Below are positions 30,641-40,600 of a stretch of 64,000 nt of DNA, piece after piece. A program made the position numbers and the translations under genes. Origin of the DNA: an uncultured virus (IMG/VR IMGVR_UViG_3300042887_002641) (taxonomy: Duplodnaviria; Heunggongvirae; Uroviricota; Caudoviricetes); the IMG/VR virus record IMGVR_UViG_3300042887_002641, positions 1 through 64,000 of that record, one strand, 5' to 3'. Under the pieces are notes generated by a model that searched no databases, was not told the DNA's origin, and saw nothing but the letters and a program-made list of their open reading frames with translations. Positions within the stretch are counted from its first letter, which is position 1, and every line of letters begins with the position of its first letter.

Positions 30641-31081
30641 ATGGCATCTTTAATAACAGACGCACAAAGACTTAGTTTTGGATCAAGTTATAATGATCTT
30701 TTTGATACATTATCTAGGGATATTGTCGTCTACAAAGAGCCTATTAAAAATATAACTTCTGTTAACGAAACTCCAGTATTTGGTTATCCAACAGATCAAC
30801 TGCCTGATAGCGTAACTTATACGCCAGTCTCTGGTGTTTATAAAGCTAGAATATTTTATGGTAGTCCAGATGAAGACATTGTGTCTTTAAATTCTGAGAT
30901 TAAAAATCCTAATACTACTGCAAGAATAAGAGTCCGCTTAGAAGCCAAAGATTACATTGAAAATGGTAAAACAGAAAGAATAACTTTCGACAATAAATCT
31001 TGGAATGTGCAATATGGTTTTGTAGTTAAAAGATATATTGATGAACCTTATTACGAGTACATGATGAAGGAAATAATGTAA
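30641..31081 (+). CDS. Putative head closure (stopper) protein
   Basis: Beta-rich 146 aa, second gene of the neck block. Confidence 0.5.
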   Translation: MASLITDAQRLSFGSSYNDLFDTLSRDIVVYKEPIKNITSVNETPVFGYPTDQLPDSVTYTPVSGVYKARIFYGSPDEDIVSLNSEIKNPNTTARIRVRLEAKDYIENGKTERITFDNKSWNVQYGFVVKRYIDEPYYEYMMKEIM

Positions 31082-31695
31082 TGGCTACAATAAATAAGAC
31101 AATTTTAAATAGAGAAGTCAAAAAACTTCTTTTCAGTAAAGACATTCAGAATTTAGCCTACCAAAGAGCCGAAAAAGAATTTCAAAGACTTAAAAATCAA
31201 ACAATAAAAGAATTTGATCAGCACCCAGTTACTGTCGAATTAGAAATGGGAGCCGAAGGAAAAAACATCTCAAAAACTTTACCCGGAACAAAACCTGACT
31301 CTAATTTATTTTCATTTATTGGATTTGATCAAGACTCTCAGCCTACGCAGCAGGTAAGGCAAGCTTTAGAAGAAGAAATTCTACTAAATAGAACTCCAAA
31401 AACAAGAACTACAGAAACAGGTGTTCAATTCGAATTCCCTGTTTCAGTTCCTACATTAAAGTCAATAGAACAAAAAACTCCATTACCTTGGGAAGCTGGA
31501 AGAAGCTGGGTTAGAGGAATTGAAAGAGGCATTTCTGGATTGGGATATTACTTGTCTGGAAAATTTAAATCTCCTGAGCCTAGCCGATCTGGCGGCGGTA
31601 TTCAGGCAGATGACAAAGTTAGATCAGGCTCTTTTTCTACTGTGAAATACTTGAGTACAATACTAAAAAATCTAAAGGATAAACTCAAACAATGA
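31081..31695 (+). CDS. Putative neck/tail completion protein
   Basis: Basic 204 aa, third gene of the neck block, translationally coupled on both sides. Confidence 0.45.
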   Translation: MATINKTILNREVKKLLFSKDIQNLAYQRAEKEFQRLKNQTIKEFDQHPVTVELEMGAEGKNISKTLPGTKPDSNLFSFIGFDQDSQPTQQVRQALEEEILLNRTPKTRTTETGVQFEFPVSVPTLKSIEQKTPLPWEAGRSWVRGIERGISGLGYYLSGKFKSPEPSRSGGGIQADDKVRSGSFSTVKYLSTILKNLKDKLKQ

Positions 31696-32540
31696 AACCG
31701 CAATTTGACAATCAAATATCTTCATCGTTTTTAATGTGGTTTGATCACACTCTGCTATCCAAGGGTGAGGCTTACTATAACGTAAATACTACATTTCCTG
31801 CTAATTCTTCTTATGTGAATGGTTTTTATGCTTATAATGGTCCTTATAAAGGATTAGTATATGACTCTTCAATTGCTGGAGCAACAGTAATGACGGGAGT
31901 TAGCATAAATGGCGCAAATTACAATTTAGGTCAAAGCCCTCTAAGTGGTATAAACTATTCAGAAGGTCAGATTTATTTAAGTTCTGGATCTCTTAATGTT
32001 TCTGGAACTTATTCGGTTAAAGAGTTTAACGTGTTGATGACATCTCAACCAGAAGAAGTGTTATTATTTGAAACTCAATACGTTAGAAGAAATAAAACCC
32101 CTGCTGGGTCTTTAAAGGATTCTTTAAAAGAAAATGCGATAACTTACCCTGTAATTTTCATCAAAAATAATGGAAGCACAAATGATCCTTGGGCTTTCGG
32201 CGGAACAGACGAAACGAGAGTAGACTTTAGGGCCATTGTTATTGTTGATTCACAATATACATTAGATGCAGTTTGTTCATTATTTAGAGATAGAAATTAC
32301 GACAACGTTCCTCTAATTGATCCAACATACAATCCATTTAATGTTTTAGGCAGCTTTAAGAGCGGGGTAGTTTTTAATTATAATAACATTACAAGCGGCA
32401 AAGACTACTGCATGATAGATAGAGTTTCCGTCTCAAAGGTCGCAGGTGTAAGAGATAGAGAGAACAATATTAATCCCGGTTCTTATTATGGACTAATTGA
32501 TTTCGAGTTAGTTAAATTTAGAGAGCCAAGACAAACATAA
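31692..32540 (+). CDS. Putative tail terminator protein
   Basis: YPVIFI...GG.DE motif, immediately upstream of the tube genes. Confidence 0.5.
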   Translation: MKPQFDNQISSSFLMWFDHTLLSKGEAYYNVNTTFPANSSYVNGFYAYNGPYKGLVYDSSIAGATVMTGVSINGANYNLGQSPLSGINYSEGQIYLSSGSLNVSGTYSVKEFNVLMTSQPEEVLLFETQYVRRNKTPAGSLKDSLKENAITYPVIFIKNNGSTNDPWAFGGTDETRVDFRAIVIVDSQYTLDAVCSLFRDRNYDNVPLIDPTYNPFNVLGSFKSGVVFNYNNITSGKDYCMIDRVSVSKVAGVRDRENNINPGSYYGLIDFELVKFREPRQT

Positions 32541-32544
32541 AAAT

Positions 32545-34206
32545 ATGCCAAGAAATAGAGTAATTTACCAAAATGAAGCATTATACGTTGGCCCTTCGCC
32601 AGCCATATCTGGTCACTATAAGTTTGTTACAGGAAGCAATGTAAATGTTCCTACTCAAAAATTAAATCAATTAGATCCTCTTGCTACAAGAACTTTAGCC
32701 TCTGGAGCAGGAACCACCACGGCTAGTCTTGCTACTATGCAAGCAGGTTTGCTTCCAAATTTAGCTAATTTAGATCGTATACAAAGTATTAATTACAACT
32801 TTAATATTACGAGAAGAGATGTAAATCAATTTGGAAATTTAGCCGCAATAGACAAAATCATTATAGAGCAACCAGTAATAAATATTGATTTTAATTACTA
32901 TCAAAACGGTCTTAAGAATGAAGAAGAATTAGGTTTCACTACGACTTCTTTGAAGAGAAGTGCTGCTGTAAATTTAACAATTACTGCTTCTGGGCAATCT
33001 GAATTTGGAATTACTGCGGCTTCTATTGCTGATGGCGGTCAAGGTTATTTAAATTCATTTACTTTAACATTGCCACAAGCCGGTGGAAATATGCCTCCTG
33101 TACTTTCTTTTGGCGTGGCTACTGGAGGATTATATGCGGGTCAAGCAACAGGAGTCTCAATAACTGATAAAGGATCAGGAGTTATTTATATAAATAATTC
33201 TCAAATCGCAACCACAGTTTCTATTGTTAATATTCCAGTTAATGTCGGGATTGGCGGTACGAGCAATCAATCAACTTTTTCTCCAACTTTAGCAAATAAC
33301 TATCCAGAAGGTACTTCTAGTATTGTAGATATAACCTGTTTAAGCGGAATACTTACAAAAGCAAGTGACGAAAAAAATTTGTTTGTAAGAACTGTGCCTC
33401 AAGGAAATGACGTAAGTGTTGCGACAACCGGCACACTGGATCAAGCCATTATCGCTTTTGGAAATACTGTTATTACAAATTACGCTATTAATGCAGCAGT
33501 AGGAGACATCCCAAATGTGGCAATTAGTAATGAAGCTAGAAATTTTTCTATAGTTACTGGAGACAACGATTTTAAATCTAGTTCTGCTGGTAGACGTTAT
33601 CCATTGCCTTCAATAGACGAAGAAGGAACAAGAGTAAATGGGACATATTCTCTTCCAGATTTTAACAGCAGATCAGACCTATCACAAAATATATCTGCAT
33701 TTAGACCCGGAGGCATCATCCTTGATTTAACTCCATTTTATGCTTCTGGAGGATTAGGAATTGATACAAGGTCTTCTTCTTTAAACGCTCAAAGTTTCAG
33801 TTTATCAATGGCTTTATCTAGAGAATCTTTAAGTAAACTTGGAAATACTTTTAATTTCGCAAAAGAAATTACTTTTCCAGTTAGCTACTCTTTCTCTGTC
33901 AATGTTTTGGTATCAGAACTAGCAACTGGTAATTTAGTTGATGTAGTTTCTAGTAAAGATATTAAATTCAATACTTCAGTCTCTTTTATTAAACCCGGAA
34001 CTGAAGTTTCAAGTTATGGTAAGATAACTGGTGTAAGATATTTAATTAAATCAGCGCAGTTAGAATCTTTAGACTTTAGTTCCTCAATTGGAGCTAACAA
34101 AACAGCTACTTTAACCTTTGGAGGTCAAATGAGTTCTCCTCAAGATTCCACTAAAGGTGTATTTATGCAGGGAGATTATTGGATGCAAAGACAAGAAATC
34201 ATATAA
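32545..34206 (+). CDS. Tail tube protein paralogue 1 (minor, with an inserted domain)
   Basis: Collinear with 34267-35454 (MPRNRVIYQ.EAL, RRDVNQFG.LAAID.II.EQP, DFSSSIGANK), plus about 110 extra aa in the middle. Confidence 0.7.
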   Translation: MPRNRVIYQNEALYVGPSPAISGHYKFVTGSNVNVPTQKLNQLDPLATRTLASGAGTTTASLATMQAGLLPNLANLDRIQSINYNFNITRRDVNQFGNLAAIDKIIIEQPVINIDFNYYQNGLKNEEELGFTTTSLKRSAAVNLTITASGQSEFGITAASIADGGQGYLNSFTLTLPQAGGNMPPVLSFGVATGGLYAGQATGVSITDKGSGVIYINNSQIATTVSIVNIPVNVGIGGTSNQSTFSPTLANNYPEGTSSIVDITCLSGILTKASDEKNLFVRTVPQGNDVSVATTGTLDQAIIAFGNTVITNYAINAAVGDIPNVAISNEARNFSIVTGDNDFKSSSAGRRYPLPSIDEEGTRVNGTYSLPDFNSRSDLSQNISAFRPGGIILDLTPFYASGGLGIDTRSSSLNAQSFSLSMALSRESLSKLGNTFNFAKEITFPVSYSFSVNVLVSELATGNLVDVVSSKDIKFNTSVSFIKPGTEVSSYGKITGVRYLIKSAQLESLDFSSSIGANKTATLTFGGQMSSPQDSTKGVFMQGDYWMQRQEII

Positions 34207-34266
34207 TAATTTCTCAAAACAGAATAAAAAATGTAATAATAAAAAGAAATTTAAAGGATTAAAAAT

Positions 34267-35454
34267 ATGCCAAGAAATCGTGTAATTTACCAATCAGAAG
34301 CACTATTCAACACAAAAGACATTGTTGACGTAGCGGCTTCTGCACCACCACAAACTGGAAATTTATATATTAACCAGTTTTCTCGCGTCCAATCTTGTAA
34401 TTATAATTTCAATATTGCAAGAAGAGACGTTAACCAATTCGGCGATCTAGCTGCTATTGATCGTATTATTCTAGAGCAACCCACCGTAGGAGTTGATTTC
34501 ACTTATTTGCTAACAGACATGGGCAACGAAAAGAACCTTGGATTTTCAGTAATTAGCAATGGAATTACTACTATTTCTGATATCACTAGCGCAAATGCTA
34601 CTCAATCTTGCTTATCTGGAATTCTAACCAGCGGATTCATTAATACTAAAAATTATTTCATCAGAACAGTTTCTGAAGGTAATGATGCTTCTTCTTTTGC
34701 TAATGATACTGTTGCTAACCAAACAATAGGAAGCACAATTGGATTAGGAAACGGTTTCTTAACTAATTACTCTATTAACGCTGCTGTAGGAGACTTCCCA
34801 ACCACTTCTGTCAGCTTGGAGTGCTTAAACATGAATTTCAGCAATGGAAATTCAGGTGCTGCTCCCGGTGTTACTCCTGCTGGAGCTATTGCTGGAGGTG
34901 CGTTTATTCTACCTCAAGCTACAGGCAATCCTAATGGTGAAAACGCTTTGGGAAAGATTTCTGCTCTTAGACATGGAGATATATCATTCTCTTTATCAAA
35001 GACTCAGGGTCAATCTTATGGCGGTACTGATTTAACTACTTCTGCCGCTATTCAAAACTTCTCAATCTCAATGGGTCTAAATAGAACTCCATTGCAAAAG
35101 ATCGGAAGCAGATATGCTTATTCAAGAGAAATTGATTTCCCAGTTACTGTAACTCTTTCTGTTACAGCTTTGGTACAAGATCTTACTACTGGTAACTTGG
35201 TCGATCTAGTAAATGTAGATGGTCTCTATGACGCAGTTATCAAACTCGCTGCTCCTGCTGTTGCTAACAGTGATTTGAATCCTGATGAAGGCGTTGGATA
35301 TGTACTCAAGAGACTTAACTTGGATTCACAAGACTTCTCTTCTTCAATCGGAGCCAATAAACAGGTCACGCTAAACTTCTCTACTCAAGTTGGCTCTCCT
35401 CAACAAAATGACAGAGGATTGTTCATGCTTGAGACATTGCCTCTCGACGCATAA
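34267..35454 (+). CDS. Major tail tube protein (paralogue 2)
   Basis: S/T/G/N-rich beta protein upstream of the chaperones and TMP, with its own promoter motif (34231), AAAGGA RBS and terminator. Confidence 0.72.
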   Translation: MPRNRVIYQSEALFNTKDIVDVAASAPPQTGNLYINQFSRVQSCNYNFNIARRDVNQFGDLAAIDRIILEQPTVGVDFTYLLTDMGNEKNLGFSVISNGITTISDITSANATQSCLSGILTSGFINTKNYFIRTVSEGNDASSFANDTVANQTIGSTIGLGNGFLTNYSINAAVGDFPTTSVSLECLNMNFSNGNSGAAPGVTPAGAIAGGAFILPQATGNPNGENALGKISALRHGDISFSLSKTQGQSYGGTDLTTSAAIQNFSISMGLNRTPLQKIGSRYAYSREIDFPVTVTLSVTALVQDLTTGNLVDLVNVDGLYDAVIKLAAPAVANSDLNPDEGVGYVLKRLNLDSQDFSSSIGANKQVTLNFSTQVGSPQQNDRGLFMLETLPLDA

Positions 35455-35471
35455 GCTAAAATATTAACTTC

Positions 35472-35502
35472 AAAGCCCCAGCCTAAAAACTGGGGCTTTT
35501 TT
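35472..35502 (+). terminator. Intrinsic terminator after the tube gene
   Basis: AAAGCCCCAG / CTGGGGCTTT stem followed by a T tract. Confidence 0.9.
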
Positions 35503-35550
35503 GTTTTTATGCGTGTAAAGATTATTAGGTAAAGGTATTTCAAAGGTATT

Positions 35551-35769
35551 ATGGCTATGGATATAAAAATGAAAGAGTTTATTCTCTTTCAAAATCGGCG
35601 TAAAGTTATTAATCTATATAAAAACTTTTTAATCTTACTTGAAGATTTAAAAGAAGATGGTTATAATATCTCTGAAGATAAGTATCAAAGGCTAAGAAAA
35701 AAAGTTCTTGATTCTGGCAATGATACTATCAGACAGTTCGAAGAAGAACTAAATAATATAGATTTATAA
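35551..35769 (+). CDS. Small helical hypothetical protein
   Basis: 72 aa, AAAGGT RBS, TAATG coupling to the next gene. Confidence 0.6.
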   Translation: MAMDIKMKEFILFQNRRKVINLYKNFLILLEDLKEDGYNISEDKYQRLRKKVLDSGNDTIRQFEEELNNIDL

Positions 35770-36509
35770 TGAAAACGATATACGAATTTGCAATAAATAA
35801 AGAAGGCGTTGTAAAAGAGACAGAAGAGTCTGTAAACGAGGCTGGTCAAAAAGTCACGATTACCAAAGATGTAACTACTCAGATTCCTCATAACTATTTT
35901 ATCAAAAAGCCTACTAGAGCTTTGTTTGACGAAGCTGAATTGTTTTATGGCGTTAAGCTTTCTGAAGGAGTAAAAGCTGGTCTTCTTACTCGTACTCTAC
36001 TAAATAAGAGATATGTTGATGATGGTGGAATTTTAGCAGATAGAACTAAAAACGCAGAAGCAGATGCTTATAAGGATTTGTATGATGCTCAAAACGAGTT
36101 GCAAAGACTTCTTGCTTTAGAAGAGAAAGATCGACCAGATTATTTTACAGCTAAAAAAGAAGAGCTAGAAACCAAGATTACTGTAATTAAAAACTCTCTA
36201 ACAGAACTAGAGGTACAAAAAGAGTCGTTGTTTGACAATACCGCAGAAACAAGGGCGCGTAATAAAGTAATTACTTGGTGGATATTATTTTTGTCATACT
36301 ATGAGAAAAACGGGGAGAAACAACCATTCTTTGGTGAAGGAGATTATGAAGCCCGAATGAACAGGTATGACGAAATCTTTGAATCAGAAGATCCTCATCT
36401 AGTAAAAGTAGCTAACGCTTTCATTTACTTTATTAGTTTCTGGTACGTCGGTAGAGCAAATTCGAAGGAGGACTTCGATGTGCTAAAGTTAGAACAAAAA
36501 ATCTTTTAA
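35769..36509 (+). CDS. Putative tail assembly chaperone (G position)
   Basis: Acidic, coiled-coil-containing protein between tube and TMP. Confidence 0.55.
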   Translation: MKTIYEFAINKEGVVKETEESVNEAGQKVTITKDVTTQIPHNYFIKKPTRALFDEAELFYGVKLSEGVKAGLLTRTLLNKRYVDDGGILADRTKNAEADAYKDLYDAQNELQRLLALEEKDRPDYFTAKKEELETKITVIKNSLTELEVQKESLFDNTAETRARNKVITWWILFLSYYEKNGEKQPFFGEGDYEARMNRYDEIFESEDPHLVKVANAFIYFISFWYVGRANSKEDFDVLKLEQKIF

Positions 36510-36530
36510 TTTCTTGCGTTAATTAATCCT

Positions 36531-36556
36531 AGCCCCTGCGAGAGCGGGGGCTTTTT
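36531..36556 (+). terminator. Intrinsic terminator or attenuator between the two chaperone-position genes
   Basis: AGCCCCTGC-GAGA-GCGGGGGCT with a short T tract, 5 nt before ATG 36562. Confidence 0.75.
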
Positions 36557-36561
36557 AGTAT

Positions 36562-37578
36562 ATGGATCTAGAAGCTTTTAATAAAAATCTAAAATCTCTT
36601 TATTGGGATATAGTAACTGGGTCTTCTTCATTTAAATTAAATGGTAAGACTTACTATGTTAAGCATATGTCTCCAAAAGACGCAGGAACAATTGAAGTTC
36701 AAGAAAATTACTATTATAACAAAGCTAAATCCCAAGGTATTCCAACAAACGAAGAAAAGATAAAAGAGCTAATTAAAGAAAATATATACAACGAAAAAGA
36801 CGATAAAAAGATAGAAAATAATAGACTTACTCTTGCGAATTTAATGAAAACTCGCCGCAAATTATACTTAACTAGAGACTTGGAGAATATTGATAGGCAG
36901 ATGAAAGAGATAACTGAAGAAACTAATCGGTTACAGCAAAAGAAAGACGATCTCCTAGAAAACACTTGCGAGACTTATTCGGGCAAAAGAATGAATGAGT
37001 TTTATATTTATTATTCTGTATACGTTGATGAAAAATGCGAAAAACAGGCTTTTACATTAGAAGAATTTGAAGATATAGATCAAGTTGAATTATTTAATTT
37101 AGTTGGTGCATATTCTAAATGCGCCCAAAAGTTCAATAACCATAATATAAAAAGAATAGGAGTTAGCGGATTTTTCCTTAATTATTTTTACTTAGCAGAG
37201 GATAATCCCTTCTTTTTCTTTGGTAAGCCAGTTACTCATTTGACATTCTATCAGGTTGAATTGTTTGGATACGCTAGATACTTCAAAGACTTGATGAGCA
37301 AGTCTAGCGTCAAGCATCCTGATGAATATAATGATGATGTAGATAAGATTATTGATTGGTATGAGTCTAGCAGTAATCTTGAAAAATTACATGAAGATAA
37401 GAACGCTGCTTCAGGTAAAGAAACAGCGGTTCAGGCAGTTTCTGTCATGGGAGCTACCAAGGAAGACCTAAAGAAATTAAAGCAAGACAATACTGGAGCC
37501 ATCTCTCTAGATGAAGCCGCAAAGAAAAAAGGCGGCTCATTAAGTTTTGAAGATTTAATCAAATTACACGGCGTTTAA
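36562..37578 (+). CDS. Putative tail assembly chaperone (T position, pre-TMP protein)
   Basis: Charged helical 338 aa directly upstream of the TMP. Confidence 0.5.
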   Translation: MDLEAFNKNLKSLYWDIVTGSSSFKLNGKTYYVKHMSPKDAGTIEVQENYYYNKAKSQGIPTNEEKIKELIKENIYNEKDDKKIENNRLTLANLMKTRRKLYLTRDLENIDRQMKEITEETNRLQQKKDDLLENTCETYSGKRMNEFYIYYSVYVDEKCEKQAFTLEEFEDIDQVELFNLVGAYSKCAQKFNNHNIKRIGVSGFFLNYFYLAEDNPFFFFGKPVTHLTFYQVELFGYARYFKDLMSKSSVKHPDEYNDDVDKIIDWYESSSNLEKLHEDKNAASGKETAVQAVSVMGATKEDLKKLKQDNTGAISLDEAAKKKGGSLSFEDLIKLHGV

Positions 37579-37606
37579 GTGTAATTATTCTTAGGTTTAA
37601 GGATAT

Positions 37607-40600
37607 ATGGCTACATCAGCAGGAAATATTCCCATTTCAGCGACATTTGCTGCCGCGCAACTTGAAAAAGATGTGTTGTCGGCGTTGAACCGTATCCAGA
37701 GCAAGAGTAATCTTTCTCTAAATACAAGAAATTTTTCTCAACCACTGGGTAAAATTACTGGTTTAGCTAATGAATTCCAAAAGTCTTTGGAAGCTTCAAA
37801 TGCCCGTGTAGTCGCATTCGGAGCTTCTGCTGGTCTTATTTTTGCAGTTCAAAAGTCATTTTCCTCTTTAGTAAATACTACTATCGAAGTAGAAAAGTCT
37901 CTTACTGATATCAATGTAGTATTAAATACATCTTCTAAGGGTATCAAGCAATTTGGAGATCAGTTATTTAGTGTAGCAAAAAATACTGGATCGGCTTTTA
38001 AAGATGTAGCCAGTGCTGCAACAGAATTTTCAAGACAAGGTTTGGGATTAGAAGAGACATTAAAGAGAACAAGAGATGCTCTTATCTTAACTCGTCTTTC
38101 TGGTCTTGATGTCGTTTCTAGTACTGAGGCTCTTACTGCTGCTGTAAACTCATTTACAAAAGAAGCTCTCACTACAACTGATGTAGTAAATAAGTTAGCC
38201 GCCGTTGACGCTAAATTCGCAGTTAGTTCTAGAGACTTGTCCGAAGCTATTCAGCGTGTAGGTTCTTCAGCCAGCGAAGCTGGAGTTAGTTTTGATGAAT
38301 TGTTAGGTATTGTTACTTCTGTTCAGCAAACAACTGCCCGTGGTGGTGCTGTAATCGGTAACGCTTTAAAGACTATTTTTACAAGAATAGAAAGACCTCA
38401 AGTTATCAGTGATTTGAAAGACTTTGGTATTGCTGTTACTGATATTTCAGGAAATGCTTTGCCAACGATTAAAGTTATTGAAAACTTGGCTCAGTCATTT
38501 CAAAATTTAAATCCTGTTATTAAATCTCAAGTTGCTGAACTTGTTGGTGGTGTTTATCAAATTAACATTTTAAAAGCGGCATTAGCAGACGTATCAAAAC
38601 AAAATTCTGCATTCGCAGAAGCTACAAGAACTTCCTCTAAGGCAGCAGACGAAGCTATCTTAAAGAATAAAGCATTAAACGAAAGTCTTTCTGCTTTGCT
38701 TAATGAAACAACTATTAATTTTACAAAATTTGCTACCTCAATTGGAGAAGCAAGCGTTGGACCCGGAATTAGAAAAGTTTTGGGCTATATTAATTCAAGC
38801 TTAGAGTCTTACAATGAAAAAGACGCAGAGGGAGTTGGCGAAAAAATTGCGACTGGTGTATTAAGTGGTGTTACTAATTTTATAACTGGTCCCGGTTTAG
38901 GTATTGGAGCGTTTGCAATTGGAAAACTATTAGCTAACTTTACTAAATTCGCTGGAGATGCAACTAAAAATCTTTTGGGACTTAATACTCTTGGAAGACA
39001 ACAAGCTGTTTTACAATCAGAAATTGGTAAAATTCTTTCTGATAATCCCGATCTAATTAAAGACATTATTTCTGGATCTAGAACTCGCTTGCAAGTAGAG
39101 CAGCAAATAAAACAAACTCTTATAGAACAAGCTGCTTTAGCAGAACAGATTAAAAATTCTTCTATTGATATAGGCGGTAGATTTTTAGCTTCAGGCTTAA
39201 GAGTTTCTGAAAAGAATACTATTGTTGGAAGAAGAAGCGCAGAAGGGTATATTCCAGCTAAACAGCAAGCCGCAGAGATGGTTGGAGCTATGCAAGGTGG
39301 TTATACTCCCGGTAGAGTAGTTGCTGCTCCAAAGTCAATTGGCGGAATAATGAATACTGCCGAAACAGTTAAATATATTCCCGGTTTCGCTCAACCTTAT
39401 ATTCTTCCTCCTCAAGGATCTCGCGCAGCAACTCAATTAGCTTCAAAATCCATGGCTAAAAATGGAATTAATCCTTACATGGCTAAAGGATTCATTCCTA
39501 ATTTTGCTCCAAAACCTTTAACCAATCCTTCTTATGGAGATAATGATTGGTGGCTTGGGTCTGGTCTATCTGCTCCCGTTTCTCTTTCTCAAATTACAAC
39601 TGGAACATCGGCAGCTTGGAGTCAAGATAAAGGTTTTTATAAAACTGATGGTTCTGCTTTTACTGCAAATGATTTAAATACATTTGTGAGAAGAGGGGCT
39701 ACTTATGGAGACATTAGAAAGTATGTTCCAGATAGTCTTTTAAAAGATGATCCAAGATGGAAATCTGGAGCTATATCAGATTTAAACGCTATTAGACGCG
39801 ACTTTGCACCCGGAAAGAAAATAGCAGGTCAAGAAAATATCAAAGAAGGAATTAAGCAAGTTTATGATCCTTATGTTCCTCCTGCTTCAATGCTTGTATT
39901 TGATTTAGATGCAAAAAATAAGGAACTATTTGCAGATGAAAAGACCGAAGAAATATTAACTAAGAGAAAAGAAGACGGAAGAGCTTTTAAGATTAAATCT
40001 TATGCTTTAAATTCGTCTTCTCAAAACGAAGAAAAAACTAATCTAATTACACAAACAGCAGATTTCTCTCGCAGAACAACAAAACAAATTGCTAATTATA
40101 TTAGACCCGGAGAATATTCGGATGCTTCTGTTGATGAATTTTTTAATAAGGCAGGTAAAAATTATTCTGTTCTTGCTGGTACTATTTTTGAAGCTTCTAC
40201 TAATTTAGCCGCTAATTACACAAGAGATCAATCTGGTGGTGGTGTTGGAGATTTTGACGTAATTGGGGGAAATATTGGAAATGTAAGACAGTTTTTCCCC
40301 GGATTTGGAGATCAATATGGAGATTATAAATTAAGAAATAATGATGATGCTGTAAGATCGTTTATTGGTAAAGTTAAGAAGAAATTCGGCCTACAAATGG
40401 CAGAGCATTTTAAGGCTCAAGAAAAAAAGGTAAGTCAACTTAGTACTGGATTTTCAAAAGGTTTTATACCAAATTTTGCTCAAAAAGACTTTCAAACAGT
40501 AAATACTGCTAGATTAATGGGAATTAATTTAGCACAAATGGATATTAATCCCGAAACAGTATTTAGAGAGTCTTTGCAAAACGCTGTCGCTCACGGTCAA

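Noticed and set aside
32545..34206. Contractile tail sheath gene
   Set aside because: It aligns along its length with the adjacent tube gene, and no sheath motifs were seen in the window.
36490..36530. Programmed frameshift fusing the two chaperone-position genes (CAAAAAATC run)
   Set aside because: There is no in-frame X XXY YYZ heptamer, and both shifted frames hit TAA before the next gene.
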